Positions 40,089 through 50,262 of a stretch of 64,000 nucleotides of DNA are shown here, piece after piece. A program made the translations under genes and the position numbers. The notes under the pieces were generated by a model. It did not search any database. It saw only the letters and a list, made by a program, of their open reading frames with translations, and had not been told where the DNA came from. Source of the stretch: Octopus sinensis (Eukaryota); NCBI RefSeq assembly GCF_006345805.1, contig NW_021836152.1, forward strand, positions 1-64,000, given 5' to 3'. Numbering within the stretch: the stretch's first letter is position 1; every line of letters begins with the position of its first letter.

Positions 40089-43000
40089 TAGTTTTATTTT
40101 TATAGCGTGCTTTCACTTCGCTACCGAGCACAGCTCTGTGTGCCTTGGGTATGTGCTGTGATTTGTTGAGATGCTCTGATGGTTATTGTATGGAAAGTGT
40201 TCTGCATAGGATGTGTGCAGTGCCTAGTAGTGCAATTTTCAGTATGTTATATGTGTTTGTAAGTCCTGGTGTTTTTGTTATGTATTTGTCTGAATATTTT
40301 TTTATCATGCCTAATGCACCTACTATGATAGGAATTGTTTCTGTTTTCAGATTCCACATTCTAGTTACCTCTATTTCCAGGTCTTTGTATTTTGAGAGTT
40401 TCTCCATTTCTTTTAGAGACACGTTGTCATCTGCCTGTATTGATACATCAATTAGAAAGCATTTTTTTTCTTCAAGATCTCTGACAACTATATCTGGTCT
40501 GTTGGCCTTAATTTCTCTATCTGTGTGTATCGGCATATCCCAGAGTATGGTTGCTTTCTCGTTTTCTGTGACCTTTTCTGGTGTGTGCCTATACCATCTT
40601 TTTTCTGTTGTTATTCCATAATGTTGGCATAGCTTCCAATGTATGTAGGTTCCAACTCTGTCATGTCTGTTAATATATTCCTTCTTAGCCAGGACTGGGC
40701 AGCTAGAGATAATATGATTTATTGTTTCTTGTCCATCTCCACATATTCTGCAGTTACTTGTAATATTTCTTTTCATTACATGTTTTTGGTAATTTCTGGT
40801 GGGGAGGCTTTGGTCTTGTGCTGCAATTAAAAATCCCTCTGTTTCTGCTTTGAGTCCTGAGCTTCTCAACCATTGCTGGGATTTTTCTTTGTCTATTTCT
40901 CTTGCGTTTAGTTTAGTGCAGTATTTACCATGAAGGGGCTTTTCTTGCCATCGTTTTATCATGGCTCGTTGCTGTTCTATTTTTAGTTTGGATTTCATTT
41001 GTTTTATAGCTTTTGTTGTTTCTTCATCATCTTCTTCTTCTTCATGTTTATTAGGTGGTATGATTTCTTGTTTGTATTTGTCAGCTTCCTTAAATACTGA
41101 GAACAGTTTTTTGTTTTGCTCGTGTTTTGCTGCTATCTGGATCAGTTTTCCTTCCTTCTGAAGCAGGTATTTTTGCAGTCCTATGGTGGTTATTTTATAG
41201 TAGTTTTCCAGCTGTATAAGGCCTCTACCACCTTCTATACGTTGTATATATAGTCTTTCTATGTCAGATTTTGGGTGATGCATCCTAGATCCTGTCAGTA
41301 TTTTTCTTGTTTTCCTATCTATTTTGGACAGTTCATTTCGTGTCCAGTTAAGGATATTGTAGCTGTAACTTATAACTGGGACAGCTAAAGTGTTGATACC
41401 TATTATCTTGTTTTTAGCATTGAGTTCTGTTTTTAGTATTGATCTAACTCGTCTATAATATTCTTTTTTTATTTTCTCTTTCATTTGTGTGTGTTGTGTC
41501 TTATCTAGTTCATGGATTCCTAAGTATTTGTAAGTTTGGCTTTGGTCTAATTCTTTTATTTCATTGGTTTTATCTAGTGTGATGTTGTTACTCTTAACTA
41601 GTTTTCCTCTTTTCATGGTTACTTTGGCGCATTTTTCTAATCCAAATTTCATATCTATTTCTTTGGTAAATCCATGAACTGTCTTTAATAGTGTTTCCAG
41701 CTGTTTGTCATTTGCAGCGTATAGTTTTAGGTCATCCATATATAAAAGGTGGCTGATCGTTTTGCCGTAACATTTATATCCGCATCCAGTTCTATTTAGC
41801 ATATCAGATAGAGGTGACAGTGCCAAGCAGAAAAGGAGTGGAGAGAGCGTGTCTCCCTGGAATATTCCTCTTCCAATGGGGATGTCTTTGGTTTTCATGA
41901 GTCCCTCTTTTGTTTGGAGGTGTAGGACTGTTTGCCATTTATTCATAGAGTGCTCTATGAATTTTATGATTGTTGGTGCTACTTTGTTAATGGCTAGTGT
42001 TTCGAGGATCCATGTGTGGGGGATGCTATCAAACGCCTTTTTGTAGTCAATCCAGGCCATACTCAGGCCTTTCTTCTTTCTGTGGCTGTCTTCAGTTACG
42101 GCTTTATTAATAATTAGTTGATCTTTACAGCCATATGAGCCCTTGCAGCATCCTTTCTGCTCTTCTGGGAACAGTTTGTTTTCGTCCAGGTGCTTGTTAA
42201 GCCTTTGCGATATCACTGCAGTAAATGCCTTGAACATAGTAGGGAGGCAGGTTATTGGTCTGTAGTTTTCTGGTTTTGTTGTTTCATTTGATTTGGGAAT
42301 TAAGATGGTTTTCCCCTTCGTGATCCATTCAGGCATTGTCTCGGGCTCTGCTAGTTAAAGTTTTCAGCCAGCTTTTTGTGCATTCCTGTTAGATATTTCA
42401 ACCAGAAGTTGGGGATCTTGTCATGCCCAGGTGCCTTCCAGTTGCTTAGTTTTTGCAGTGCCTGGGTGACCTCTTCAGTTGTTATGGGGGTCCAAAGTTG
42501 TTCAGGTGCCGAGTTTGTTATTTTCATACTCCTTTTTTTTGGCTGTTCGTTCGCCGACCATATTTCTCTCCAGAATTCTTCCAATTCTTCTGCCGTTGGT
42601 GCTGCAGTGACTTCTATTTTAGTTTTGCCCAGTTCTTGGTAGAACTTTTTGGGGTCGGAGTTGAACTTTTTGTTCTGTTCAAAGAAGCGTTGGCGTTTCT
42701 CGTACCGGCGGATCCTTTAAGCTTTGGCAAGGATATCTTGCTTCAGCTTTTCTTTTATCTCCGGCAAATCTTTTTCTGTGATGTTATATTTGCGGAGCAT
42801 TTTTGTTCTCTTTTTGTTGCTCAGTAGCGTTGCTTGTTTGCTGATTTCATTAAGAATCGACAGGTCTTTTCTAATTTTTTTTAGTTTGTTTTGGATGTTA
42901 TTTATCCACAGGGTTTGTTTGGGTGGTGGTACTCCTGTTTGGGCGGGTTTGGGTGAGTATCCAGCTTCTTTTGTGGCTGCAGTGGCTGCTGCGTATATCA

Positions 43001-44092
43001 AGTCATTTAGTTCAGTGATATCACTATTTTTTGTTTCAGTGGCTGGTTCATTGACGGCTAGGTTTATGTTGTTTATAATTGGTGTTGTTATTGCGTTTAT
43101 TTTTATTCTTGGGAAGTATGGTCGGTGGTCCATTTTGGGCTCTGTGGTTTTCAGTTCTTTGATTATTTTATTTTTTATATTATCATAATCATTAGGCTCC
43201 CCTTCGTTGTTTACATCGTGTTTGTTGGGAATGTTGCGTTTGTCTTCGTGTTTTACAGTTTCAGTGTTTATATTATTGGGCATTGTTGTGTGGCTTCTAT
43301 CTACATTTTCCTGGTGTATTTTTTCTTTTAAATGTTCTATTTCTATTTCTGATATTTTTTTGGCTTTGAGAATGTATCTTCGTACGTTAGCTAATTTATT
43401 AGGGTTCATTGCTGTATCCAAGTCTCTATCTCTATTATTTTCCTTCCATATTTTATATGTATGTGTTGTTGTATTTTCATTTTGTGGGTAGAGCATTGCT
43501 GTGAAGTATGCGTGTAAGATAGAAATGTATTCCTCACGTGTCCATTTACGTCTTTTGGGTTTTAATTGCGGGACATGAGGTACAACGTCCGGCCCATTAT
43601 TTTGACGGTCGTCATTTTCGTAGGGTACCGGTCCGTTTATTTCTGTTGTCACATTAATTCGCACGTGTAGTTTTTCGTACATTTTTTGTTGTAGGTTTAA
43701 TGTACGTACCGCTCGATTGTTATTCTTGGGTTGAATAGTATCGGTGGCATTTAATTTCTTCGTAGTTCCTTTGTACATGGTGTTTGAGGTCGGGGATGAT
43801 CGTGTTGTTCCACGCATGTTAACATGTGTTGTGTTAGAGGTGGAGATAATATCGAGTCAAAATACATCATTTCGTTTCGAAAATAGTAATAAATTTCAAT
43901 TCGTATTACTTACTCGGATATAGTCCAATTCTTTGTTAGTAAATCTTTGGCTCCATAGGGTGTCCTTGTTTTCGATGTTTGTGGATAGATTTCGGAGCTC
44001 TGTATTTTCCTTCTTACATCTTAAACGTCCCCGGTGTCTCTCCTCTTAAACGTCCCCGGTGTCTCTCCTCTTAAACGTCCCCGGTGTCTCTC
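40086..44092 (-). mobile_element. Full-length R4/Dong family A element (~4.0 kb) inserted in (TAA)n; single ORF split by frameshifts
   Basis: N-term 42717..43817, middle 42351..42584, RT/knuckle/RLE 40183..42336; ATT repeats flank both ends. Confidence 0.95.
40183..42336 (-). pseudogene. RT + CCHC knuckle + restriction-like endonuclease part of the family A ORF (717 aa open)
   Basis: YRPITCL, WIDYKKAFDSI, GIFQGDTLSPLLF, LLYMDDLKL, CRICGDGQETINHIISSC, RPDIVVRD..IDVS..KEMEKLSKYKDL. Upstream parts lie in other frames. Confidence 0.92.
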
Positions 44093-44172
<80 letters not shown>

Positions 44173-44330
44173 TGTATATATGTCTATATATTGTATATAT
44201 ATATATATATGAGTATGGATATATGCACTCATATGTATGTGTATATTATATTATATATTATGGGTATGTACCCACTATTGTATGGGTGTACCTCCTCTGA
44301 TTTTCATATTTAATTTAGTTTGTTCTTCAT

Positions 44331-44452
44331 AATCTCTGAAGAGGCCTTGCGATATTTTTGCGTCTCATTTATAACTACATATTAACCTATCGCACATGGC
44401 TAATATGAGCATAATGAGGCACCCATATCTGCATGGCTTAAACAGCTGTAAG
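44331..44452 (+). ncRNA. Degenerate hammerhead motif (G12 mutated to U), probable Penelope pLTR relic
   Basis: CT-CTGAAGA-GGCC-T-TGCGATAT...ATATCTGCA-T-GGCT-TAAAC-AGCT-GTA^AG. Confidence 0.6.
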
Positions 44453-44837
44453 TTGTTTATATTTATATTTATATTTGTATTTATTTATATTCACTTATAC
44501 ATACTGTACTTATCGTATCATATTACTCTTTCATGTACATTGTTTTGTTCTATATTATTATGTTTGACCTTAATGTTCATATGTAGTGGTTTAATAAATT
44601 ATGTGAATGGGTATTATCTGGTAGTTGATCACTGATTAAGATGTATTTCTCCATTTTCTTATTTTGTATTATTAATTTGTGGTAAAACATTTTACCTTTG
44701 CCCATATAATACAGTAAATGAATTAACTGCATCGCAGTTCTTAACATTTATGTATTAACTTTGTTGGGTGCTTCACTAGCAGTATATTGGATATATGTTA
44801 TCTCATGGAGGGTTGCACTTACAATCCCTATCTCAAT

Positions 44838-45029
<192 letters not shown>

Positions 45030-45082
45030 ATTGGTGAATTGAAGAAATGGAGCTGAACGCAGATTGAACAGAAATCGTTTTA

Positions 45083-45171
45083 TTTCATTCTACACGTGTT
45101 TCGAAAGGCACAAATTACCAAAATCCGATTGAATAATGGGACCATATTGTGTCTTTCTCTTCAGGAAGAAA
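45083..45171 (-). ncRNA. Type I hammerhead ribozyme motif, inverted pLTR copy
   Basis: Reverse complement of 49648-49736. Confidence 0.85.
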
Positions 45172-46335
45172 AAAGGAAATCCGCTGGAAAAACAAAAACA
45201 GAACAGAGGCGGAGCAAAAGCAAATCGAACTATGCTCCTAAGAGCCCATGGCGAAACTGTTTATCAGTGTATGTTGAGAACCGGTGGCTGAAGAATTCAA
45301 CGGGTCAGGCATCGGTCAATCATGTGGGTGAGGGTGTATAGATGTTCTTTGTGACCGAGCATAAAGTTCTGACTATTTAAGGAATATTGGATGTATTATA
45401 AGGGGCGAGAAAAAATCTACTTAGAGACGTGTGTGTGTGTATACTGTTCTATATATGTGTGTGTTGGCGTAGGGGTAGAAAACATTTTTTGTGTACGTGT
45501 GTGCGTTTGATCGTTCGGCTGTCAGTGGCTACTGCCGTGATAACCGTTGGGTGGCAGAAAGAAAAAAAAAAAAAAATATATATATATATATTATGTTTTA
45601 TGTGTGTGTTTGTGTTCATCCAAGCCTGCCTTGTCAAGGAAACCCCCCGCTGTGAAAAAACCAAGCCCCGTTTGTCTTACAGGAGTAATTCCCCTTGCAG
45701 TGGTTAATCGTAGATATCTTAAAGGCTATTTCAGAATTTGTTACCAAGGGCTATGGGTGCCGGTATTATTTATAAACGCTATTTAAAAGCCAGATAAGTG
45801 TAACGCCGCCAATGGGGGCATCGAAAAGCCGACTGTAAAAGCCCGTTTACCATCCGGCCTCTGGCAAACAAAATATGGAAGAGTTCGGAGACACAAAGGT
45901 TGCACTGTCTTCTGCCCCTATCAAATGGGAGGGCCACCGACAAAATTGACCATTCCAGCCTATAGCTTAAGTTCGTATCCTTCAGTCGCCATATTAGCTT
46001 ACTGAGTCCCGTGGTCTGGCGCTTGTTCACGTCCCGAAAAGTTGCGTAATGCCTTTCGAAACACGTGTAGAATGAAATAAAACGATTTCTGTTCAATCTG
46101 CGTTCAGCTCCATTTCTTCAATTCACCAATAATGTTTTAATTTCAATTATCCGCACCAACGCACGGTTGCAACGCCAGATGGTTGTACCTCCAACCGTGC
46201 TGTTTACTGCTGTGATTTTTGCTACTAAGGTATCGGTTAAACTTTTGATTAATCTACTACAAGATTATTCATCTTTCTATTTCACATAATACATACCGCT
46301 TCGTCAAGAAACTGCTACTTTAACCGATACCAATA

Positions 46336-49023
46336 ATGGAGTTGTTCGAGATTGATGCGTCCCTTAAGGATATTCCTATACCACCAAAGGATGCCTTCCT
46401 TAAGGAGTTGGTTTGTAAAACCAACGCATTCATTAACCGGATAAGATGGCTCATTTTCTTCCACGAGAACGAAGATCTAAAATCGAACCGGACAACAGCA
46501 TCGTCCGAATACGGCCGGCTTTTTAAAACATTGGATACGCCGCCACCGAACCCAAGACTGAAGAAGTTTGAGGACGACTTGTGGGACATAGTTAGAAATA
46601 TTAAGTTCAGGAAGTCACCCAGGAGAAATGCCCACCTCAGATACCTAGATAAAATTACCAAGGACATTAATAGAACGGACGGAGTCCTGGTCCAGTCCGA
46701 CAAGACCAGGAACACATACAAGATGCCCATTAAGCAGTACCTAGATTTACTCGGTAAAGAGATCAAGAAAAATTATAGAAAAACCAATTGGAGTACCCTG
46801 AGGAAGGTAAACTTGGAAATTAAGGAAATAATATTTAAACACCGAATTCAAATGAGAACTCAGCCGCTTAGCCCCAAGCAACCCAGATTTATAGTGAAGG
46901 ACCATAAACCTAACTTCCACACCAACCCAGCGCTAAGACTCATATGCCCTGCTAGATCTGATATCGGGATAATCAGTAAGTACATTTTAGATAAATATAT
47001 CCCTAGTTTAGTAAACAAGCTGAAGCTCAGCCTCTGGGCCAACTCCTCGCAGGTAGTGAAGTGGTTCTCTTCCATCCCCAATAAGAACCGTACTAGGTTC
47101 ATTCAGTTTGATATCGCCAGCTTCTACCCCTCGATTAACCCTAGTGTGCTAAATAAGGCCCTCTGGCATGCTCACAACAAGGCTGGCCTCACCAGAGAAG
47201 AGATAGATATCATTTTAGTTGCCAGGAAATCGTTTATTAAGTTTGATAATAAGTTGTGGATCCGTAAAGATACTCCCAATGAATTTGATGTGCCTATGGG
47301 TAGTTCGGATAGTGCGCAGATAGCCGATTTGGTCGGAATATATATTCTCTACGAATTGTCCGACCAATTCCCGGAGATCGCGGGCGGCCTGTATCGTGAC
47401 GATTGTCTGTTTTACCTGCAAAACACCACGAACAGAATAGTGCAGAAAACTAAGAGCAGGTTAGCTAGGTTTTTTAATAGAATGGGCATGAGTATAGTTT
47501 TTGATAATGAACTCACCAAGGCTAATTTCCTAGACGTTACACTTAACCTTAATAGCGACTCATACTGCCCTTACCATAAGCCTTCCACTAATTTGAAGTA
47601 TGTCAGTGTCTTCTCAAATCATGCCAAAACCGTAACAGACAATTTGGTTAAAAACATCTCTCTAAGATTGTCTGGCTTGTCCGCCAGTGCCGATATTTTT
47701 ATGCAGAAAGCGGAATTTTATAACGCCGCACTATCCAAGGCCGGTTATAGGCAGAAGGTAATTTATATTGATCCGGCCCTTCCGATGCCATCATTCGGTC
47801 ATCAGGATAGGGCCGTATATAATAACATTAACATTTTAAGTAAGGACGGGAGCGCGGCGGATGCCGGGGTAGTCGCTCCCGCATTTAATTTAGCGAACAA
47901 GGATAATTATCGGTCCGGGAGGTCTTACACTAACCCAAGACCCGTTATTCATCCGAGAATCACCCACCCGAATGCGAGAGCTGGCGTCCCGACCCATCAC
48001 ACTGATAGGAATAAGCATATATGGTTTGTAATCCCCTTTGGTAAGCAGATTAGAACTAACCTCCCCCTCATGTTTAGACAAGCCATCGCCAATAACTTCC
48101 CCAGAAATTCCAAATATTACTCCACGGTTAACTCGCATAAAGTTAGGATAGCTTTCTCCAACACTAAAAACCTCGCCCAGATAATCGCCTCCCATAATAA
48201 TAGGCTACTTACTAAGACCCTATCACCTTTTTCCGGAGGCACAGCCTCTTCCGCTCCCGGTTTAATGCTCAGTAGGAATAATTATAGTAGTAATAATGAT
48301 ATGAGAGCCAGTACAGTGACACATAATCTCAGCTCCAGCCAGGGAGTACCCACTAGGGGTATAGTTATAAATAGGGGTGTTGTGGTTGACGGTAACAATG
48401 GGAGTAGGGTAGAGAGCCCCAATAGCATCCCCAGCATCATTTCCCGCAATAGCAGCACCACGGGCAGTAGCAATGACAGCACTCTGATAGATAGTGGAGA
48501 ATCAGGGGTTATTCCTATAGTTAATAGTGACGTAGTGGAAAATAGGGTAGTAAGCGGCTGCAGGTCTCGGAACGAATATAGTGACAGGAACGCAGTTCTA
48601 ATTTCAGAAACTAATCCTAGCAGATTAAGATTCACGTCGGCGAACTCCAAGATCAAAAACGCCGTCTACCAATGCAAGGTTTACACGGACTCAGATGTCT
48701 TCACTTATGTAGGGGCATCATCCTCAAGATTGTCTTTGCGTGTCTCCAACCATTACGCAACTTTTCGGGACGTGAACAAGCGCCAGACCACGGGACTCAG
48801 TAAGCTAATATGGCGACTGAAGGATACGAACTTAAGCTATAGGCTGGAATGGTCAATTTTGTCGGTGGCCCTCCCATTTGATAGGGACAGAAGACAGTGC
48901 AACCTTTGTGTCTCCGAACTCTTCCATATTTTGTTTGCCAGAGGCCGGATGGTAAACGGGCTTTTACAGTCGGCTTTTCGATGCCCCCATTGGCGGCGTT
49001 ACACTTATCTGGCTTTTAAATAG
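46336..49023 (+). CDS. Penelope-like reverse transcriptase / GIY-YIG endonuclease polyprotein (895 aa, intact)
   Basis: RT motifs KDHKP..RLI, FIQFDIASFYPSI, FDVPMGS, GLYRDDCL, NFLDVTL; C-terminal AVYQCKV...TYVGAS...R..NH...CNLC..E, typical of a PLE GIY-YIG domain. Confidence 0.93.
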   Translation: MELFEIDASLKDIPIPPKDAFLKELVCKTNAFINRIRWLIFFHENEDLKSNRTTASSEYGRLFKTLDTPPPNPRLKKFEDDLWDIVRNIKFRKSPRRNAHLRYLDKITKDINRTDGVLVQSDKTRNTYKMPIKQYLDLLGKEIKKNYRKTNWSTLRKVNLEIKEIIFKHRIQMRTQPLSPKQPRFIVKDHKPNFHTNPALRLICPARSDIGIISKYILDKYIPSLVNKLKLSLWANSSQVVKWFSSIPNKNRTRFIQFDIASFYPSINPSVLNKALWHAHNKAGLTREEIDIILVARKSFIKFDNKLWIRKDTPNEFDVPMGSSDSAQIADLVGIYILYELSDQFPEIAGGLYRDDCLFYLQNTTNRIVQKTKSRLARFFNRMGMSIVFDNELTKANFLDVTLNLNSDSYCPYHKPSTNLKYVSVFSNHAKTVTDNLVKNISLRLSGLSASADIFMQKAEFYNAALSKAGYRQKVIYIDPALPMPSFGHQDRAVYNNINILSKDGSAADAGVVAPAFNLANKDNYRSGRSYTNPRPVIHPRITHPNARAGVPTHHTDRNKHIWFVIPFGKQIRTNLPLMFRQAIANNFPRNSKYYSTVNSHKVRIAFSNTKNLAQIIASHNNRLLTKTLSPFSGGTASSAPGLMLSRNNYSSNNDMRASTVTHNLSSSQGVPTRGIVINRGVVVDGNNGSRVESPNSIPSIISRNSSTTGSSNDSTLIDSGESGVIPIVNSDVVENRVVSGCRSRNEYSDRNAVLISETNPSRLRFTSANSKIKNAVYQCKVYTDSDVFTYVGASSSRLSLRVSNHYATFRDVNKRQTTGLSKLIWRLKDTNLSYRLEWSILSVALPFDRDRRQCNLCVSELFHILFARGRMVNGLLQSAFRCPHWRRYTYLAFK

Positions 49024-49206
49024 CGTTTATAAATAATACCGGCACCCATAGCCCTTGGTAACAAATTCTGAAATAGCCTTTAAGATATCTACGATAACCA
49101 CTGCAAGGGGAATTACTCCTGTAAGACAAACGGGGCTTGGTTTTTTCACAGCGGGGGGTTTCCTTGACAAGGCAGGCTTGGATGAACACAAACACACACA
49201 TAAAAC

Positions 49207-49255
<49 letters not shown>

Positions 49256-49647
49256 TTCTTTCTGCCACCCAACGGTTATCACGGCAGTAGCCACTGACAG
49301 CCGAACGATCAAACGCACACACGTACACAAAAAATGTTTTCTACCCCTACGCCAACACACACATATATAGAACAGTATACACACACACACGTCTCTAAGT
49401 AGATTTTTTCTCGCCCCTTATAATACATCCAATATTCCTTAAATAGTCAGAACTTTATGCTCGGTCACAAAGAACATCTATACACCCTCACCCACATGAT
49501 TGACCGATGCCTGACCCGTTGAATTCTTCAGCCACCGGTTCTCAACATACACTGATAAACAGTTTCGCCATGGGCTCTTAGGAGCATAGTTCGATTTGCT
49601 TTTGCTCCGCCTCTGTTCTGTTTTTGTTTTTCCAGCGGATTTCCTTT

Positions 49648-49736
49648 TTTCTTCCTGAAGAGAAAGACACAATATGGTCCCATTATTCAATCGGATTTTG
49701 GTAATTTGTGCCTTTCGAAACACGTGTAGAATGAAA
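49648..49736 (+). ncRNA. Type I hammerhead ribozyme motif in the 3' pLTR
   Basis: TTTCTTC-CTGAAGA-[GAAAGACACAA/TTGTGCCTTTC, 10 of 11 paired]-GAAAC-ACGT-GTA^GAATGAAA; predicted cleavage after 49728. Confidence 0.88.
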
Positions 49737-49944
49737 TAAAACGATTTCTGTTCAATCTGCGTTCAGCTCCATTTCTTCAATTCACCAATAATGTTTTAAT
49801 TTCAATTATCCGCACCAACGCACGGTTGCAACGCCAGATGGTTGTACCTCCAACCGTGCTGTTTACTGCTGTGATTTTTGCTACTAAGGTATCGGTTAAA
49901 CTTTTGATTAATCTACTACAAGATTATTCATCTTTCTATTTCAC

Positions 49945-49950
<6 letters not shown>

Positions 49951-50020
<70 letters not shown>

Positions 50021-50040
50021 CATATATATATATATAAATA
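49951..50040. repeat. (TA)n microsatellite, right flank of the Penelope element
   Basis: Directly visible. Confidence 0.97.
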
Positions 50041-50262
50041 TATCTCTACAATAATATGTTACATTACTCAATAGTCAAGATAAAACTCTGAGTTTCAGAT
50101 GCCGACGTGGGAATCCACGACATCTCTTCGGTTATCTGGCTATTTTATCTTGACTATTGAGTAAAGTAACATATTATTGTATAGATAAATTTCCTCTATT
50201 TATATAATATTGAGGTCTCTTTCTTTCTTTTGTTATCTTACCGTTTTACCAATATATATAAA
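50041..50262. mobile_element. Short Penelope-like pLTR remnant: 45-bp inverted arms around a degenerate minus-strand hammerhead
   Basis: Arms at 50041-50085 and 50143-50187; minus strand reads AGATAA-CCGAAGA-GATG...CATC-T-GAAAC-TCAGA-GTT^TTATCT; flanked by TA tracts. Confidence 0.55.

Larger units (their letters stand above)
45021..49950 (+). mobile_element. Complete Penelope-like element: inverted pLTR (45021-46051), partial direct pLTR (46050-46291), ORF, 3' pLTR (to 49950), inserted in (TA)n
   Basis: 45021-46051 is the reverse complement of 48751-49798; 46050-46291 equals 49709-49950; intact RT + GIY-YIG ORF lies between. Confidence 0.95.

Noticed and set aside
43820-44020. HDV-like ribozyme in Dong 5' UTRs, as in R2 elements
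   Set aside because: I could not build the nested double pseudoknot by eye in the A or B 5' UTR; an RNAMotif/Infernal search would be needed.
44020-44092. 25-bp direct repeats as a CRISPR array
   Set aside because: Repeats are contiguous with no spacers, there are no cas genes, and they form the 5' end of a retrotransposon.
45236-45275. CCTAAGA-GCC-CAT-GGC-GAAAC-TG..CA-GTG, a second hammerhead-like string antisense to the Penelope ORF
   Set aside because: Two core mismatches, a forbidden GUG triplet and no stem I; chance or too decayed to support.
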